Translations under genes and position numbers: made by a program
In this document: positions 60,596-64,000 of the stretch, in pieces
How the letters are laid out: the number at the start of each line of letters is the position of its first letter
Position numbering within the stretch: position 1 is the first letter of the stretch
NCBI GenBank assembly: GCA_027717985.1
Contig: JALLOO010000002.1
Coordinates: 7,257 to 71,256 of the forward strand
Direction of reading: 5' to 3'
DNA length: 64,000 nucleotides
Source: Patescibacteria group bacterium AH-259-L05
GTDB taxonomy: Bacteria > Patescibacteriota > Patescibacteriia > UBA2591 > UBA6264
Notes under the pieces: model-generated
Told to the model about the DNA's origin: nothing
The model's input: the letters and a program-made list of their open reading frames with translations, nothing else
The model's database searches: none

Positions 60596-61098
60596 GTAGT
60601 ATCTTTTAATACTTTTAATGTTTTTTGTGTTAGATCTTTTTGTTTTTGTTCAGTCATTTCTTGTTCTAAGATTTTTGAAGTTGCCCCCGCGATAAGATCT
60701 GCAATATCGCTTCTTACTTGTTTTATCATTACTTCTTTTTCTGCTTGAATCTGACTTTTTGCATCATCAATTATTTTTTGCGCCCTTTTTTCTGTAGCAG
60801 CAATGATTTCTTGTTGTTTTTGGTCGCCTGTTTCTTTTGCTTTGGCAATAATGCTTTGCGCTTGCTTGTGAATTTTGGCAAGCTCTTGCTCTTTTTGCTC
60901 TTGAAGTTTTTCAAATGCTTGTTCTGCTTGTTCTGCTTTCTCTAATCCTGAAACAATTTTTTCTTTACGCATATTCATGAATTTGACAAGTGGAGCGTAT
61001 AAGAATTTTTTTAAAACAAAAAGAAGAATTACAAAATTAATAATTTGTGCAATAAGCAATTTCCACTCAACACCTAATTGGTGAATTAGTTCTTCCAT
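60592..61098 (-). CDS. atpF: ATP synthase b
   Basis: QIINF.ILL.VLKKF.Y.P followed by coiled coil. Confidence 0.93.
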   Translation of the reverse strand: MEELIHQLGVEWKLLIAQIINFVILLFVLKKFLYAPLVKFMNMRKEKIVSGLEKAEQAEQAFEKLQEQKEQELAKIHKQAQSIIAKAKETGDQKQQEIIAATEKRAQKIIDDAKSQIQAEKEVMIKQVRSDIADLIAGATSKILEQEMTEQKQKDLTQKTLKVLKDTT

Positions 61099-61170
61099 AA
61101 TAATAAACTTACGAATCCATGAACGTAAGAACGCATGAACAATTTGTTCTTTAGTTTTTTAGTCGTTTGA

Positions 61171-61410
<240 letters not shown>

Positions 61411-62157
61411 TTAATGTGTTTCGCTGGTGGCGATTTTTAAAAATACCAAGGTAAGCATAGCAAATATAAGTGCCTGGACAAATCCAACAAATAATTCTAA
61501 TACCATAAAGGGAAGCGGTGCAATAAAAGGAATTAAAAATGCTATCACTACCAAGAGCACTTCACCAGCAAAAATATTGCCAAATAATCGAAATGAAAAA
61601 GAAATTAATTTTGCTATTTCAGCAATAAGTTCTAAAATACCTGTAAAGGTGAGGATAGGATTTTTAAAATTAATATATCTTGAAATATATTTAAAAGTTC
61701 CAATTGCAGTGATGCCAAAAATTTGTGTTGCAATAACTGCGACAATCGCCAAGGCCAGAGTCATATTAATATCACTATTGGTTGAGCGAAAAAAGGGGAT
61801 AAACATTTCATGGCCATTCTGAGCTTTGTCAATTTCGAAAAAACCAATAGTTCCAATGCCCGGAACCAAACCAAGCCAGTTCGATAAGAGGATGAATATA
61901 AAAATAGTTGCAATTAAAGGAAAAAATTGCTCTGCTTGTTTCTTTTCTCCAACAACTTTCTCTATAAAATTTAACATTGTTTCAACAATACTTTCAACAA
62001 CATTTTGTAATGGCGAAGGAATGAGTTGTAATTTCCGTGTTGCAATTATTGAAATAATAATTAATATAGCTATGGCAATCCATGACATCAAAAGCGTGTT
62101 GGTAATGGGGAAGCCAAACAAAGTAAATACATGTTCAGCAGCTAACGAAATATGCAT
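61411..62157 (-). CDS. atpB: ATP synthase a
   Basis: SFRLFGNIFAGE, VQALIF..LT. Confidence 0.96.
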   Translation of the reverse strand: MHISLAAEHVFTLFGFPITNTLLMSWIAIAILIIISIIATRKLQLIPSPLQNVVESIVETMLNFIEKVVGEKKQAEQFFPLIATIFIFILLSNWLGLVPGIGTIGFFEIDKAQNGHEMFIPFFRSTNSDINMTLALAIVAVIATQIFGITAIGTFKYISRYINFKNPILTFTGILELIAEIAKLISFSFRLFGNIFAGEVLLVVIAFLIPFIAPLPFMVLELFVGFVQALIFAMLTLVFLKIATSETH

Positions 62158-62226
62158 ATTTTGTAATTGAGGAATTTGAAAAATTCTGAAATTGAAGATT
62201 TCAAGGATTTTCCCAAAATTCCGAGA

Positions 62227-62490
62227 TTAGTTATGATCCGAAGGATCATGTCCTTCTCTATCCATTTCTTTAACAATTCTTTGTATTTTTATAAATACTA
62301 AAATAGATGAAATAATAAGTGATAATACAACGCCAGTTAAAAGAAAAATAGGGGAAGAATCATACTGTTTATCTAAGATTCTGCCCGCGATTGCAAAAAT
62401 AACAAGCGGTAGTGCAATAGCGTAGCCAAGTTGCATTGCAATAGAAATACTTTGCCATACAACAGATTTTTCTTTGTTTTCTTTTTTCAT
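62227..62490 (-). CDS. AtpZ/AtpI family protein
   Basis: LG..IA.P.....G..LD......P.F; first gene of the atp operon; start set at MKKENK. Confidence 0.85.
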   Translation of the reverse strand: MKKENKEKSVVWQSISIAMQLGYAIALPLVIFAIAGRILDKQYDSSPIFLLTGVVLSLIISSILVFIKIQRIVKEMDREGHDPSDHN

Positions 62491-62607
62491 TGATATAGTT
62501 CCTACTCTATTGATTATATAAAAAAATAGATTTATGGCAAGCCTAATACTTGACAAGTGGATAAAAGTGTGATATACTATAAACAATAATTAAAAAAGGA
62601 GGAGGTC

Positions 62608-62991
62608 ATGAATGTAGAAATCGTTAGTTCATCACCAATATTGCTTATTATACTCGGTGTTGTTGCTGCAGCCATAATTATAGTTATATTGGCTCTGGCT
62701 ATTATTCATCTGAGGCCAAAAGAGACGAAAAAAGAAGATGATAGTCAAAGTCTTGAAAAAGGTACTACCCCTAGCTCCACATCTACAAAAACAGGAAAGA
62801 AAAACATGTTTCAATACGTTCCGACCAAAGGAGAAAAAGTAGAAATTTTTCATAAAGGAAGATGGGGATCATTTGGGGAAGTACGTGATATAGTAGGTAG
62901 TAAGGCAGTTGTTCATATTAATGGTCAGCCAGATGATGATAATAGCAGGATAGTTCACCGAAGAACATTTGATAAAATTCGCCCTGTATAA
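62608..62991 (+). CDS. Hypothetical single-TM protein with C-terminal SH3/Tudor-like domain
   Basis: TTGACA-18-TATACT, SD AGGAGG, GEKVEI...W...GEV....G.KAVV. Confidence 0.75.
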   Translation: MNVEIVSSSPILLIILGVVAAAIIIVILALAIIHLRPKETKKEDDSQSLEKGTTPSSTSTKTGKKNMFQYVPTKGEKVEIFHKGRWGSFGEVRDIVGSKAVVHINGQPDDDNSRIVHRRTFDKIRPV

Positions 62992-63079
62992 TAAGTTCTA
63001 TTCGAACAAAGTCCTGTTGATAAAAAAATGTCAACTAGGGCTTTTCTTTTTCTTTATTTTTTGATATATATAAGAATAT

Positions 63080-63325
63080 ATGAAAAAACTATTTGTATTT
63101 ATTTTAATTATTATTTTTCTTGCCATTGCAGGGCTGGCAGTATTTAAGATATTTAAGAAAAAACAAGGCAGTTGGTTTGAAACAATTCAAACTCAAGCAA
63201 GCCTTCAAGAGAGCGTTACAAAACAGACAGAGATTAATCCAGTAGAAAATTTACCAGAAACAAATGTATTTGAAGAGATTGAAATTAATCCGTTTGAACG
63301 AGGATATAAAAATCCATTTAAGTAA
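63080..63325 (+). CDS. Hypothetical membrane-anchored small protein (NP/NPF repeats)
   Basis: N-terminal TM, NPVENLPETN..NPF...YKNPF. Confidence 0.75.
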   Translation: MKKLFVFILIIIFLAIAGLAVFKIFKKKQGSWFETIQTQASLQESVTKQTEINPVENLPETNVFEEIEINPFERGYKNPFK

Positions 63326-63378
63326 AAGTAACCCGTAATTCGTTTTTAATTTTTTACTCGTTACTGCGTAAAGCATTT

Positions 63379-64000
63379 ATGAAATCAAAGAACATTTTTA
63401 TATATTCTATTATTCTATCCGCATTTTTTCTTGGCGTACTTTTTACCACATCAGCTATTTTTGCGCAGAATAATTTAGAAAATATTCAGTTTCCAGTTGC
63501 TGAACTGGGGAATTGTCAAAGTAGAGAGCAATGCGAAGCATTTTGTGAGTTAGAAGAAAATATTCTTGCGTGCGTAAATTTTGCCGAAGCCCATGGATTA
63601 ATGAGTTCACGTGAAGCACAAAGGGTAAGGAAGATGATGGAGCTTGGCATGACCTCTGGTCCAGGCGGATGTCGTGGAGAGAAGGAGTGTAAGAATTATT
63701 GCGACGACCCAACTCATATGCGGGAATGTATTATATTTGCAAAAGAACATAATCTTATGCCACCTGAAGAATTAGAAGAGGCAGAAATGGTTTTAAAGGC
63801 GTTAGAAAAAGGAGCAACATTACCAGGCGGGTGCACAAGCAAGGCGCGATGTGAGGTGTATTGTGAGAATCCAGATAATATAATTGAGTGTGTTGAATTT
63901 GCTGAAGCCGCAGGGTTTATCTCAAAACAAGAAGCTAAAATGATACGAAAAACGGGAGGCAAGGGACCAGGTGGTTGTCGTGGAGAAAATGAATGTGAAA
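63379..64000 (+). CDS. Secreted Cys-rich repeat protein (GPGGC-x5-C-x3-C repeats), runs off the window end
   Basis: Manual translation: MKSKNIF...FPVAELGNCQSREQCEAFC...GPGGCRGEKECKNYC...LPGGCTSKARCEVYC...GPGGCRGENECE. Confidence 0.85.
   Translation, partial: MKSKNIFIYSIILSAFFLGVLFTTSAIFAQNNLENIQFPVAELGNCQSREQCEAFCELEENILACVNFAEAHGLMSSREAQRVRKMMELGMTSGPGGCRGEKECKNYCDDPTHMRECIIFAKEHNLMPPEELEEAEMVLKALEKGATLPGGCTSKARCEVYCENPDNIIECVEFAEAAGFISKQEAKMIRKTGGKGPGGCRGENECE

Noticed and set aside
63455-63962. Minus-strand ORFs 63455-63712 and 63714-63962
   Set aside because: Shadows of the plus-strand Cys-repeat gene

Overview
AT-rich bacterial chromosome segment using the standard code (TGA ends many genes). 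Gene content points to a Patescibacteria/CPR (Parcubacteria-like) genome; this is inferred from the VirB2-like pilin array, the GPGGC Cys-repeat surface protein, the short ATP synthase epsilon and SD-less core genes. Core loci are: a ThrA-type aspartokinase (cut by the window start) with a classical Thr leader-peptide attenuator; an alpha-glucan cluster (glgA, three GH57, kinase, PHP, PP2C); ruvC-yebC; PGI/PMI-glycosyltransferases; pilins; galU; tyrS; PBP1A; rfbB-gtrA-mltG; ychF; lspA-dksA; rpsA-ftsH; a probable oriC upstream of dnaN-hup; tRNA-Lys; and a complete F1Fo ATP synthase operon. Between these sit many self-contained accessory cassettes (promoter, boxA-like motif, strong SD, gene, terminator), two toxin-antitoxin pairs and two families of palindromic repeats, some inserted in frame in essential genes. 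The most unusual items are: a duplicated, pairing-conserved, pseudoknot-like 5' leader RNA in front of two tandem Sm/Hfq-like proteins; a second similar leader; a peptidase-propeller-Omp85-like barrel protein in a lineage thought to lack an outer membrane; two leader-peptide attenuators; and a small gene with an in-frame TGA. All calls were made by eye with no database searches.
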